From contig JAHPZI010000015.1 of NCBI GenBank assembly GCA_019058295.1, positions 1 through 64,000 of the forward strand: a DNA stretch of 64,000 bases. Direction: 5' to 3'. A program made the position numbers and the translations under genes. Source of the stretch: Promethearchaeota archaeon. Its GTDB lineage: Archaea; Asgardarchaeota; Lokiarchaeia; Sigyniarchaeales; SOKP01. A model generated the notes under the pieces. The model was given only the letters and a program-made list of their open reading frames with translations. It searched no databases and was not told the DNA's origin. Positions 1 to 9,068 of the stretch are shown in pieces (within the stretch, counting starts at the first letter, position 1; each line of letters begins with the position of its first letter).

Positions 1-240
1 AGAAGCTAGCGAAAGATTTAAACCCCATAACTGGGTTTAGTACCTACCCAAAATTAAGGAATAGATTAGATCAAAGGTGTATATCTTACTTCTCGAAACT
101 CTTTTTCTTGAAAATCATCATTAATTCTCTTTATCAGAGTATATATAATTAAAAAAATGGAAAAAAGGATTAGAAAAATGGAAAAAGAAACATACTTCAT
201 AAATAGGAAAATAATATAAACAAATAAAATAGTAAAGGGT

Positions 241-371
241 AAAATCGTGGCATTGAAATGTTAGGTCTCGAAACAATTATATCTCAGATATATCGGGCTA
301 TTAGTCGAATAACCAGATACGTCCAAAATAACACAGGTTTCAAGCACTAAGCATTCCAATGCCACAATTTT
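241..371 (-). ncRNA. Candidate structured ncRNA domain (long terminal stem with internal hairpins)
   Basis: 241-274 pairs with 337-371 (about 30 bp). Four C/A mismatches on the + strand become G.U pairs on the - strand. Inner hairpin GGUUAUU/AAUAGCC. No ORF. Confidence 0.55.
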
Positions 372-381
372 TTTTTCTTTT

Positions 382-448
382 AACGCTCAATTAAGTCGAA
401 TCACCTACAGAGGTGACGAGGAATTGAACCTCATCGACTCTTGAGGTT
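382..448 (-). ncRNA. Candidate tRNA-like three-way-junction RNA with canonical T-arm
   Basis: Minus strand reads CUCAA-GAGUCGA-[UGAGG UUCAAUU CCUCG]-[UCACCU CUGU AGGUGA]-U-UCGACUU-AA-UUGAG. Confidence 0.6.
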
Positions 449-470
449 GAAATATTAGTATCAAACTGCA

Positions 471-486
471 TATTTATATTTATCGG
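471..486 (-). promoter_or_regulatory. Putative archaeal BRE + TATA promoter for the ncRNA candidates
   Basis: Minus strand CCGATAAA-TATAAATA lies about 25-30 nt upstream of the structured RNA start (~448). AT-rich background lowers specificity. Confidence 0.45.
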
Positions 487-511
487 AAATTAAAAAAAAA
501 ATCATCTCTAC

Positions 512-1618
512 TTACTTTTTTGTTTTGAACGAAAGCAACTTTTTAAACCAATTAATTTTTTTGGTGTTCCACTCACTAACGTTATCCACAATAAGTTGTT
601 CAATAAATCCCCTTGATAGTAATTCCTTTATTATATTTTCGCCATTTTCTGTTCGAATAAGTATCATTGAATATCCTTTTGGTGCTCCAGATGCGCCAAC
701 GCTAATGTCTGTAAATCGAGCAGTGAATTCATCACATTCATGGCAATGATTTCTTACAGCCGGATCTAACGTTTTAATATCTAGTTCAAATTCTTTATCA
801 TCTTTAGTTTTGATAAAGAAGTTCTTTTTAATCCATGTTTTTTTGATATCAGTAGGAGGCACCTTAGTTTCCTTCTTTATAATCTCATATAATTGACTAT
901 AATTAAAATTTTCAAAACAAAATAGGCCAATAATGTATTTTATAATATGTGCTGGTTTTATATGCATCAATTTCATTTTGCTTAATGCTCTACATTGACA
1001 AGGGGTTCCTATAAAAGCCAGATGTAATTGATCAACCTCATAGACTCCCAATTTTTCAAGGATTTCTTCAGATAAATCATATAATTCCTTTAAAGGTAAT
1101 ATTTGAGAAGAGATAGAATAACGCGTTCCAGCAGATTTTAACAGATAATTCTTATCATATATGATTTTCGGGATTGGTTCAAAATTTTCATCGCATTCTG
1201 AAACTATAGCTGCATCAATCATATGTTCCTCGAACAAATAAGTTAAAATTGTTGAGACTATTCCACCATCTTGTCCTACATTCTCGATTGCCTTATTCGT
1301 TGTTTTAGCTGCGATGACATCAAGAACCTGTCCTATTTCATCCTCAACACAGTAAGCTTGATTTAACTTATCTAGTAAAGGGGAGGTTTGAGGGCAAATA
1401 AAATAACATAGTCCGCACTCTCTGCAATTTTCAGCATTTTTATCTGATTTAAATTTAGGTGAATAATTTTCCATCTCAATAACATCAAAACTCTGACTTT
1501 CACAATATGCTATACAAGCACCACAAGCACAACAAAGATTGGATTTAATGATATCATTTTCGAGATCTTTAAACGTTTTTACATCTTCATTAATTTTTTT
1601 AAATTTAGGTTCAATCAT
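512..1618 (-). CDS. Coenzyme F420 hydrogenase/dehydrogenase beta subunit family protein (FrhB/FdhB/FpoF-like) with N-terminal 2x[4Fe-4S]
   Basis: CCACGACIAYC and CRECGLCYFICP ferredoxin motifs; GQDGGIVS, AGTRY, GTPCQ, IGLFC, CHEC..DISVG FrhB motifs. Confidence 0.9.
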   Translation of the reverse strand: MIEPKFKKINEDVKTFKDLENDIIKSNLCCACGACIAYCESQSFDVIEMENYSPKFKSDKNAENCRECGLCYFICPQTSPLLDKLNQAYCVEDEIGQVLDVIAAKTTNKAIENVGQDGGIVSTILTYLFEEHMIDAAIVSECDENFEPIPKIIYDKNYLLKSAGTRYSISSQILPLKELYDLSEEILEKLGVYEVDQLHLAFIGTPCQCRALSKMKLMHIKPAHIIKYIIGLFCFENFNYSQLYEIIKKETKVPPTDIKKTWIKKNFFIKTKDDKEFELDIKTLDPAVRNHCHECDEFTARFTDISVGASGAPKGYSMILIRTENGENIIKELLSRGFIEQLIVDNVSEWNTKKINWFKKLLSFKTKK

Positions 1619-1637
1619 AATTTACTTTCCTTTAAAA

Positions 1638-4600
1638 TTAATTGGCTTCAGCTTTTATTTTACCACTTTTTTTAGGAATTTTTGATTCTCCTAATTTTTT
1701 TATTTTTTCTGTGAACGCTGAAATACTTTCTGAAAATTTCTTGCCTTCACTTGCAGATATTTGATGGATTTCGATTCTTTCTTCTTCAATTCCAATCATT
1801 TTTAATAAATTCTTTAGGTGGTCCATTCTAAGATAAGCTTTTTCATTTCCACTTATATAATGGCAATCACCTACATGGCAACCAGAAATAAATACGCCAT
1901 CAGCACCTTCTGAAAATGCGCGTAATATATAACTCTTAGACATGCCTCCAGTGCACATGACTCTTATAACTCTTACATTTGGAGGGTATTGATACCGACT
2001 GACTCCTGCTAAGTCAGCACCTGCGTAGCTACACCAATTACAGAGAAACGCGACAATTCTTGGACTCCACGCTTCCTCAACGACCTGAATTGGGCCATCT
2101 GCAACTTTGAGAGCTTCATCAACCATAGGTTTAATTTGTTTATTTCCAAAGTGGCTCATAGTAATGGCAGAAGCAGGGCATTCAGCAAAACAAGTACCGC
2201 ATCCTTTACAAACAGCTTTAATAACATGAGCCTTTTTTCCACTAGTTGTAAATATACCTAGTTGTTTCGTGTCTTCAATTAATTCAATAGCATTAAATGG
2301 GCAAATCTCAACACATCTACCACATCCTAAGCATTTCTCTTCATTTACAGAGGATGTGACTCCTTCTGTTTCTAAAACTTCTTTAGATAATATTGTGACA
2401 GCTCTAGAAGCAGCCGAATTTGCCTGACCTATGCTCTCACTTAAAGTTGCGGTACCGCGTGCAGTTCCACATAAAAAGATTCCATCTGTTGCGAAATCAG
2501 AGGGTCTCAATTTAACATGAGCTTCTAAAAAGAAATTATCTTCATTAAGAGGAACTTTTAATTTCTTGGCTAATTCTGAATTTTCTTCAGGTGGAACGAT
2601 ACCAGCGCTTAGAACAATTAAATCAGAATTGATATTTATTATCTCTTTACTTGGAGTTACAACCTCAACACGGAGTTGAGAATCTTCGGGATTAATCTCT
2701 GGAGGATTTTTTTCATCAAATCTAAGGAATATTACTCCTTTCTCACGGGCCATTCTATAGTATTTTTCTTTGAACCCATAAGTTCTGATATCCCGAAAAA
2801 GTATTGTAACATTTATAGCTGGATTAAGTTCTTTTATTTTTAATGCATTTTTAATGGCTTCGGCACAGCACATACGACTACAATAAGGATGATCTTCATT
2901 TCTAGAGCCAACGCATTGAATCATTACGATGGAGCGTAAATTTTTGATATTATCTTTCTTAGAAAATAAAAATTCTTCTAATTTTGATTGTGTAATAACT
3001 TTATCATTTTGACCAAATAAATATTCATTATCCTTGGGTTCGTATTCATTTGCTCCTGTAGCGACAATGATTATTCCATGTTCAAAATTTGTAGTTTCTT
3101 TTTCTTCACCATGGGTTATTTCAGTTGCAAAATTACCGATATATCCCCCAATGGAATTAATGTTAGCTTTAAGAAAAACCGTGATAAATTTATGATTATT
3201 TACTTTTTCTATTAAATTACTAAGAAATTTTTGAACATTATCAGTTTCTAGAGTTTGGTATATTTTATTAGCAAATCCTCCTAATTTTTCACTCTTTTCA
3301 ACTAAATAAGTTTCATAGCCTTGATCAGCGAGATTTAAAGCAGCAGTCATTCCCGCTATACCTCCGCCAATAATCATTCCTTTATGAATTACATCTACTT
3401 TTTGTTCTTCTAAAGGTATTAAATTTCTAGCTTTAGCTACAGACATTCTTACTAAGTCTTTTGCCTTTTCTGTGGCTTCTTTGGGTTCATGCATATGAAC
3501 CCAAGAGCATTGATCTCTTATATTTGCTAAATCAAAAAGGTATTTATTTAATCCAGCTTCTCTAATGGTTGATTGGAATAAAGGCTCATGTGTTCGTGGT
3601 GTACATGAAGCAACTATTATCCTATTTAAATTATATTCTTTAATTCTATCTTTCATATTTGCTTGAGTATCCGCCGAACAAGTATATAAGTTTCTCTCAG
3701 CATAAGCTACATCCGGTAAGGTAGCAGCATATTCAACAACTTCAGGAACATTGACAACCCCTCCAATATTTATTCCGCAATGACAAATGAAAACGCCTAT
3801 TCGAGGAGGGGCATCACCAAAGTCTATTTCCTCGGGAAGATCTTTCTCCGTAATTTCAGTATTTCTCACATTAGATAAAAGAACATTAACTGCTCCTGCT
3901 GCGGCACTAGCTTCAATTACTGTTTCAGGGATATCCTTTGGCTCTGAAAACATGCCGCATACATAAATACCCTTTTTAGAGGTCTGTACTGTGTTGAATG
4001 TATTAGTTTTACAAAAACCATACTCATTTAATTCTATACCTAATTTCTCTGTTAATTCTTTTGCACTATTGGGAGGCTGTGCTCCAATTGAAAGAACTAC
4101 TAGATTAAAAACTTCTTCAACAATTTTTCCCTCTTCCGTTTCATATCTGATTATCAGGTCTTTAGTATCTGGTATTTCTTTAAGAGAGGAGATTCTACTT
4201 CGGATATATCTTACTCCATATTCATTTTTTGCTCTTTCAATATATTTATCAAAATCCTTTCCACATGCCCTTACATCCATCGTAAAAATAGTGGGTTCTA
4301 CTATGTCCATATGTTCTTTAGCAATTACGGCTTCTTTCGCTGTATACATGCAGCAGACAGAAGAACAATATTCAATACCAATGCGATTATCCCTTGAACC
4401 AATACATTGCAAGAAAGCTATTTTTTTAGGAATAATACCATCAGCTGGTCTAAGGATTAAGCCAGAATGAGGACCACTAGCGCTTAAAATCCGTTCAAAT
4501 TGTACACTTGTAACAACATTTAAGTATTCACCGTAACCATAAGTTTTTAGAGGAGTGGGGTCGTATTCATCATATCCAATGGCTAAAATAATAGCTCCAA

Positions 4601-5153
4601 TATTAAGTTGAATTAATCTATCTTCAAGCTCATAATCTATTGCTTCGGCTTTACACACTCCTTCACAAATTCCACAGCCAATACATTTTTTTTTATCAAT
4701 AGAAAAAACTAACGGTACTGTTTGAGGAAATTTTGCCGAAATAGCCGCTCTATTTGAAAGCCCTGCATTAAATAAATCTATTGCCTCTATAGGACATTTA
4801 AGAGCGCACACTCCACAACCTGTACATTTATTTTGATCAATGTAAAATGTCTTTTGTTTTATATCTACAGTAAAATTTCCTGCTTCTCCTTCGACTTTTT
4901 CTATCTGAGAGTTAATTAAAAGATCTATATTATTATGTCTTCCAGCTGCTACTAATTTAGGTGCAAGGATACAAATTGAGCAGTCATTTGTAGGAAAAGT
5001 TTTATCTAATTGAGACATAATCCCCCCTATACCCATCGTCTTTTCAACTAAATATACTTTGTATCCAGAATCGGCGAGATCCATGGAAGCCTGAATACCT
5101 CCAATTCCCCCTCCTACTACTAAAACTGCACCGACTTTTTCCATGCTTTTCAC
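1638..5153 (-). CDS. hdrA: Double HdrA + MvhD fusion (fused QmoA-QmoB-like flavo-iron-sulfur protein)
   Basis: Two GGGIxG FAD sites, QLDKTFPTNDCS, CHCG, CTPRTHE, two QCxGSR..CSxxCC motifs, ferredoxin inserts, C-terminal MvhD (CNWCSYAGAD, RVMCTG, GCHVGDCHY). Start may be ATG at 5144. Confidence 0.93.
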   Translation of the reverse strand: MKSMEKVGAVLVVGGGIGGIQASMDLADSGYKVYLVEKTMGIGGIMSQLDKTFPTNDCSICILAPKLVAAGRHNNIDLLINSQIEKVEGEAGNFTVDIKQKTFYIDQNKCTGCGVCALKCPIEAIDLFNAGLSNRAAISAKFPQTVPLVFSIDKKKCIGCGICEGVCKAEAIDYELEDRLIQLNIGAIILAIGYDEYDPTPLKTYGYGEYLNVVTSVQFERILSASGPHSGLILRPADGIIPKKIAFLQCIGSRDNRIGIEYCSSVCCMYTAKEAVIAKEHMDIVEPTIFTMDVRACGKDFDKYIERAKNEYGVRYIRSRISSLKEIPDTKDLIIRYETEEGKIVEEVFNLVVLSIGAQPPNSAKELTEKLGIELNEYGFCKTNTFNTVQTSKKGIYVCGMFSEPKDIPETVIEASAAAGAVNVLLSNVRNTEITEKDLPEEIDFGDAPPRIGVFICHCGINIGGVVNVPEVVEYAATLPDVAYAERNLYTCSADTQANMKDRIKEYNLNRIIVASCTPRTHEPLFQSTIREAGLNKYLFDLANIRDQCSWVHMHEPKEATEKAKDLVRMSVAKARNLIPLEEQKVDVIHKGMIIGGGIAGMTAALNLADQGYETYLVEKSEKLGGFANKIYQTLETDNVQKFLSNLIEKVNNHKFITVFLKANINSIGGYIGNFATEITHGEEKETTNFEHGIIIVATGANEYEPKDNEYLFGQNDKVITQSKLEEFLFSKKDNIKNLRSIVMIQCVGSRNEDHPYCSRMCCAEAIKNALKIKELNPAINVTILFRDIRTYGFKEKYYRMAREKGVIFLRFDEKNPPEINPEDSQLRVEVVTPSKEIININSDLIVLSAGIVPPEENSELAKKLKVPLNEDNFFLEAHVKLRPSDFATDGIFLCGTARGTATLSESIGQANSAASRAVTILSKEVLETEGVTSSVNEEKCLGCGRCVEICPFNAIELIEDTKQLGIFTTSGKKAHVIKAVCKGCGTCFAECPASAITMSHFGNKQIKPMVDEALKVADGPIQVVEEAWSPRIVAFLCNWCSYAGADLAGVSRYQYPPNVRVIRVMCTGGMSKSYILRAFSEGADGVFISGCHVGDCHYISGNEKAYLRMDHLKNLLKMIGIEEERIEIHQISASEGKKFSESISAFTEKIKKLGESKIPKKSGKIKAEAN

Positions 5154-7576
5154 TCCTTAATTGAGATAAATTTTGGAATATCTTCCGATATTTCTTTTAG
5201 ATCAACTAATCCTCTCGCTCTTAAGGCAACGATATGATTCAAAATCACATGTGGTTCAAGTTTAATTTTCTTTGATATTTCAGGGACAGACATCCCTTCA
5301 TCTTTGATTATCTCTATTATTTTTTGACGTATATACTCATTTTCAATTGCATCAGTTAAAATCTTCTCAAACTGGTCTTCAGGAATAACTTCATTATAGA
5401 CATTCCCATCTGAAATAATTAATCTCTCTCTCCCAAATAAAGTTCTGATTCTTGAATCAGATAAAACCGATTTAATAGAATTTAAATTTTCAATAACTTC
5501 ATCTTTAGTTTCTTTATTTTTAATTGGTGAAGGACCTAATTTACGAATATGATCAGTAAATTCATTTACTAATTTAGCAAACTGAACTCCTTCTGATGCA
5601 GAAACCCAATCCAAACGTAAGCGTTCTGAAAACCCAGATAATTTCAATAATTTCATTAAACCATTTATTTTTATTTCTGCTTCATAATTACCGTTTATAT
5701 AATGACAGTCTCCAAGATGACAGCCTAAAACAAGAATTCCATCAAATCCATTCAAAAAAGCTTCTGCAATAAATAAAGGATCAACCCTTCCACTACACAT
5801 CACTCTAATAACTCTGAGATTAGGAGAATATTGGATTCTGCTCACACCTGCTAGATCCGCACCAGAATAAGAGCACCAATTACATAAAAAACCTAAAATT
5901 TTTGGTTCATATTCAGGTTCTTGACTTTCCTCCACAGGAGCAATTTGAGATAAAATTTGATCTGAAGTGAAATGATGAATTGTAATCGCATTTTCCGGAC
6001 AAGTAGCACTGCATACACCGCATCCTTTACATAAAACCTGATTTACTATGATCTTATCCTCATCATTTTCAGAAATTGCATTATATGGGCAGAGTTTTAT
6101 ACAGACATTACAGGAAATACATTTTTGTTGGTCAATCTCTGCTACGGCCCCCTCAATTTCTAAAACATCTCTAGATAAAATCCGGCTTGCCCTGGAAGCT
6201 GCAGCATATGCTTGGGAAATGCTATCGCGAATATCAGAAGGCCAATGAGCGGAACCGCATATAAATATTCCGTCTGTTGCGAAATCAGAGGGTCTTAATT
6301 TTACGTGTGCTTCTAAAAAGAAATTATTGTCTTGCTGTGGTATTTTTAACATTTTCGAAATCGAGGTAGAATCATCTTGGGCGATAAGTGGTGTTGATAA
6401 TACAACTAGATCATAAGGGATATTAATTTCTTCATTTCTTAAAACATTATACACATTTATTTGATTGTTTTTTAGGGTTGGAGGTTTCTCCAAGGAATAT
6501 TTAATAAATACGATTCCTTTCTCTCTCGCTTTTCTATAATAATCCTCGTAGATTGTGCCATGTGTTTGTATATCTCTATACAATATTACTATATTTGAAT
6601 TTGGATTAATTTCTTTAATTAACATAGAATTTTTTAAAGCAGTCATGCAACATATATTAGAACAATAGGGTCTCTCTTCATTTCGCGCTCCAACACATTG
6701 AATCATTACAATATTTTGATCATCTACTTTATTATTTTTTAATAATAGTTCTAATTCTAATTGAGTGATAATATTTTTGCCATTATAACCGAATAATCCC
6801 TCAGGAGTAAGTACTTTTGCACCTGTTGCTACAATTATTATTCCCGCTTTTATTTTAGATATTTGATCATCTTTTTTAACGGATATTATGAAATTTCCTA
6901 TAAATCCTTCAACTTCAATTGGAATAGCTGAAGTAAAAACTTTGATTTTTGGGTGACTTTTTACTAATTGAGTAATTTCTAATAGATTTGAAGCATCCTC
7001 TTGGATGGGAAAAACCTTATTTAGCGATTTTAAATTTCCACCTAGCTCTTTTTCCTTTTCTATAAGAGTTGTTTGAAAACCTTGATTTGCTAGATTTAGA
7101 GCAGCATTCATCCCGGCAATCCCAGCTCCAATAATTAAAGCAGATGGATTTACATCTACTTTTATCTTTTCTAGAGGCTCCAATAAAACAGCCTTATTCA
7201 CGCCCATTAGAATTAAATCTTTTGCTTTTTCAGTTCCTCTTTCAGGTTCTTTCATGTGAACCCAAGAATCTTGTTCACGAATATTTACCATTTCAAATAA
7301 ATAGGGATTCAAACCTGCCTCCTGGCATGTTTCTCTAAATAACGGTTCATGAGTCCGAGGTGTGCAGGAAGCAATAACAACCCGATTCAAATTATACTTT
7401 TGAATACTCTTTCTAATCTGAGATAATCCAAGTTCAGAGCATGTATAAATGTTATTGGTTGCATATACAACATTTGGTATTGTTTTAGCATATTCTGTTA
7501 TACTTTCAATATCTAAAACACCTCCAATATTTGTACCGCAATGACAAATGAATACTCCAACTCTTATATCTTCCAT
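5150..7576 (-). CDS. hdrA: HdrA-MvhD fusion (QmoB-like) with C-terminal winged-helix extension
   Basis: GVFICHCG, CTPRTHE, GAGIAG, QCVGAR..CSNICC, 2x[4Fe-4S], MvhD motifs CNWCSY/CSGRV/GCHLGDCHY, then MSVPEISKKIKLEPHVILNHIVALRARGLV. Confidence 0.92.
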   Translation of the reverse strand: MEDIRVGVFICHCGTNIGGVLDIESITEYAKTIPNVVYATNNIYTCSELGLSQIRKSIQKYNLNRVVIASCTPRTHEPLFRETCQEAGLNPYLFEMVNIREQDSWVHMKEPERGTEKAKDLILMGVNKAVLLEPLEKIKVDVNPSALIIGAGIAGMNAALNLANQGFQTTLIEKEKELGGNLKSLNKVFPIQEDASNLLEITQLVKSHPKIKVFTSAIPIEVEGFIGNFIISVKKDDQISKIKAGIIIVATGAKVLTPEGLFGYNGKNIITQLELELLLKNNKVDDQNIVMIQCVGARNEERPYCSNICCMTALKNSMLIKEINPNSNIVILYRDIQTHGTIYEDYYRKAREKGIVFIKYSLEKPPTLKNNQINVYNVLRNEEINIPYDLVVLSTPLIAQDDSTSISKMLKIPQQDNNFFLEAHVKLRPSDFATDGIFICGSAHWPSDIRDSISQAYAAASRASRILSRDVLEIEGAVAEIDQQKCISCNVCIKLCPYNAISENDEDKIIVNQVLCKGCGVCSATCPENAITIHHFTSDQILSQIAPVEESQEPEYEPKILGFLCNWCSYSGADLAGVSRIQYSPNLRVIRVMCSGRVDPLFIAEAFLNGFDGILVLGCHLGDCHYINGNYEAEIKINGLMKLLKLSGFSERLRLDWVSASEGVQFAKLVNEFTDHIRKLGPSPIKNKETKDEVIENLNSIKSVLSDSRIRTLFGRERLIISDGNVYNEVIPEDQFEKILTDAIENEYIRQKIIEIIKDEGMSVPEISKKIKLEPHVILNHIVALRARGLVDLKEISEDIPKFISIKE

Positions 7577-7580
7577 TTTA

Positions 7581-8879
7581 TCACCGCCTCATAATAGTTT
7601 CAGCTGCTCTTGCAGCAGCACCACTCGCATCTACAACTGAAGTTGGGATATCCATAGGTTCCCTGCAAGCGCCACATAGAAAAATGCCTTCCTTTGAAGA
7701 TAATTGAGGATGATAAGTATCACCTTTAAAGAAATTATATTTATCAAGCTCTATTCCTAAGGTTTCTGCTAATTCCCCAGCATCCTTCTTCGGAACCATG
7801 CTTGCTGCTAATATTACCATGTCAAAAGTTTCTTGTTTGATTTTGAAAGTATTAATATCCTCATAAATGACAATTGGATTTTTCTCTTTGTCCTCAATAA
7901 TTTTCGTAACTTTTCCTTTAGTATACGTTACATTATAATCTTCATTTCCTCTTTTAAGGTATTTTTGAAAGTCTTTTCCGGATGCTCGAAGATCTATATA
8001 AAAAATAGTTGATTCAATTTCATTATCATGTTCATAAGCAATCATGGCTTCTTTTGTTGTATACATACAGCAGCAAGTGGAACAATAAGGATTATTTCTA
8101 ATATCTCTGGATCCTACACAATTTATAAATGCTAATTTCTTAGGTTCTTTTTTATCAGAAGGTCTAACTAAATGCCCATTTAAAGGACCAGAAGCGCAAA
8201 TTAATCTTTCAAATTCTAAACCTAACACAACATTTTGTATTCTACCATAACCTAAGCGAGGTAATAATGATGCATCGAATACATCGTAACCAGTCGCAAT
8301 TATTATTGATCCCACATTAAACTCGAGTTCTTCATCCTTTTCTGATAAATCTATAGCACCTGGACCACAATTAGCAGCACATAAGCCACAGATCCCATAT
8401 TCAAAATAAAGACATTTTGTATCATCAATTCGATATACTAATGGTACAGATGATGGAAAAGCAATGTAAATTGCTCCATGACTCTTTAAATCTACATCAA
8501 ATTTGTTGGGAATTCCTCTAACAGGACAAATTTCAGCACAATCTCCACATCCGTTACATTTATCTTCTTTAACATATCGAGCTTTCTTAAGCACCTTAAC
8601 CTTAAAATTACCTGCTTCCCCCGAGATCTCTTTTACTTCTGATAATGTGTGTAGTGTTATATTAGGGTGACGATAACATTCTGCTAGTTTTGGAGACAAA
8701 ATACATATTGAACAGTCATTTGTAGGGAAGGTCTTATCTAATTGTGCCATTCGCCCTCCAATACATGAATCTTTCTCCACCAACTCAACTTTAATTCCTC
8801 TTTCAGCTAAGTCTAAAGAAGCTTGAATACCCGCAATGCCACCACCAATGACTACGACACTTTTAGATTCATCATCCAT
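7581..8879 (-). CDS. hdrA: Short HdrA-family protein (QmoA-like)
   Basis: GGGIAG, QLDKTFPTNDCS, CNGCGDCAEICP, CVGSRD..CSTCCC, PMDIP. Confidence 0.92.
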   Translation of the reverse strand: MDDESKSVVVIGGGIAGIQASLDLAERGIKVELVEKDSCIGGRMAQLDKTFPTNDCSICILSPKLAECYRHPNITLHTLSEVKEISGEAGNFKVKVLKKARYVKEDKCNGCGDCAEICPVRGIPNKFDVDLKSHGAIYIAFPSSVPLVYRIDDTKCLYFEYGICGLCAANCGPGAIDLSEKDEELEFNVGSIIIATGYDVFDASLLPRLGYGRIQNVVLGLEFERLICASGPLNGHLVRPSDKKEPKKLAFINCVGSRDIRNNPYCSTCCCMYTTKEAMIAYEHDNEIESTIFYIDLRASGKDFQKYLKRGNEDYNVTYTKGKVTKIIEDKEKNPIVIYEDINTFKIKQETFDMVILAASMVPKKDAGELAETLGIELDKYNFFKGDTYHPQLSSKEGIFLCGACREPMDIPTSVVDASGAAARAAETIMRR

Positions 8880-9068
8880 GAAGATTCACTGAATAATTTA
8901 ATTTTAATCAAAGGTGTTTCATTTTTTATTCAATTATTTTTTCCTATTTGAATATCTTTCTTCTACTAAGTCGAAAATAATTCATAAATTAAAATTTTTG
9001 TTATTATAATTGAAAAGCTTAATCATTTGATAGTATTTAATAGAAATATCACTCTAAATACTTCATGC

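Noticed and set aside
401-440. tRNA gene or split-tRNA half
   Set aside because: Only a T-arm and a self-closed acceptor-like helix are present; no D-arm, anticodon arm or BHB motif is visible.
2481-6328. ~60-bp near-identical segments at ~2481-2540 and ~6269-6328
   Set aside because: They encode the conserved FFLEAHVKLRPSDFATDG motif in paralogous HdrA domains, not a mobile repeat.
382-8879. Selenoprotein HdrA/MvhD with a 3' SECIS element
   Set aside because: The ORFs are uninterrupted with Cys at the motif positions, and the TGA at 7581 is followed directly by TAA. The AUGA..UGAU in the 382-448 element lacks the long SECIS helix 2.
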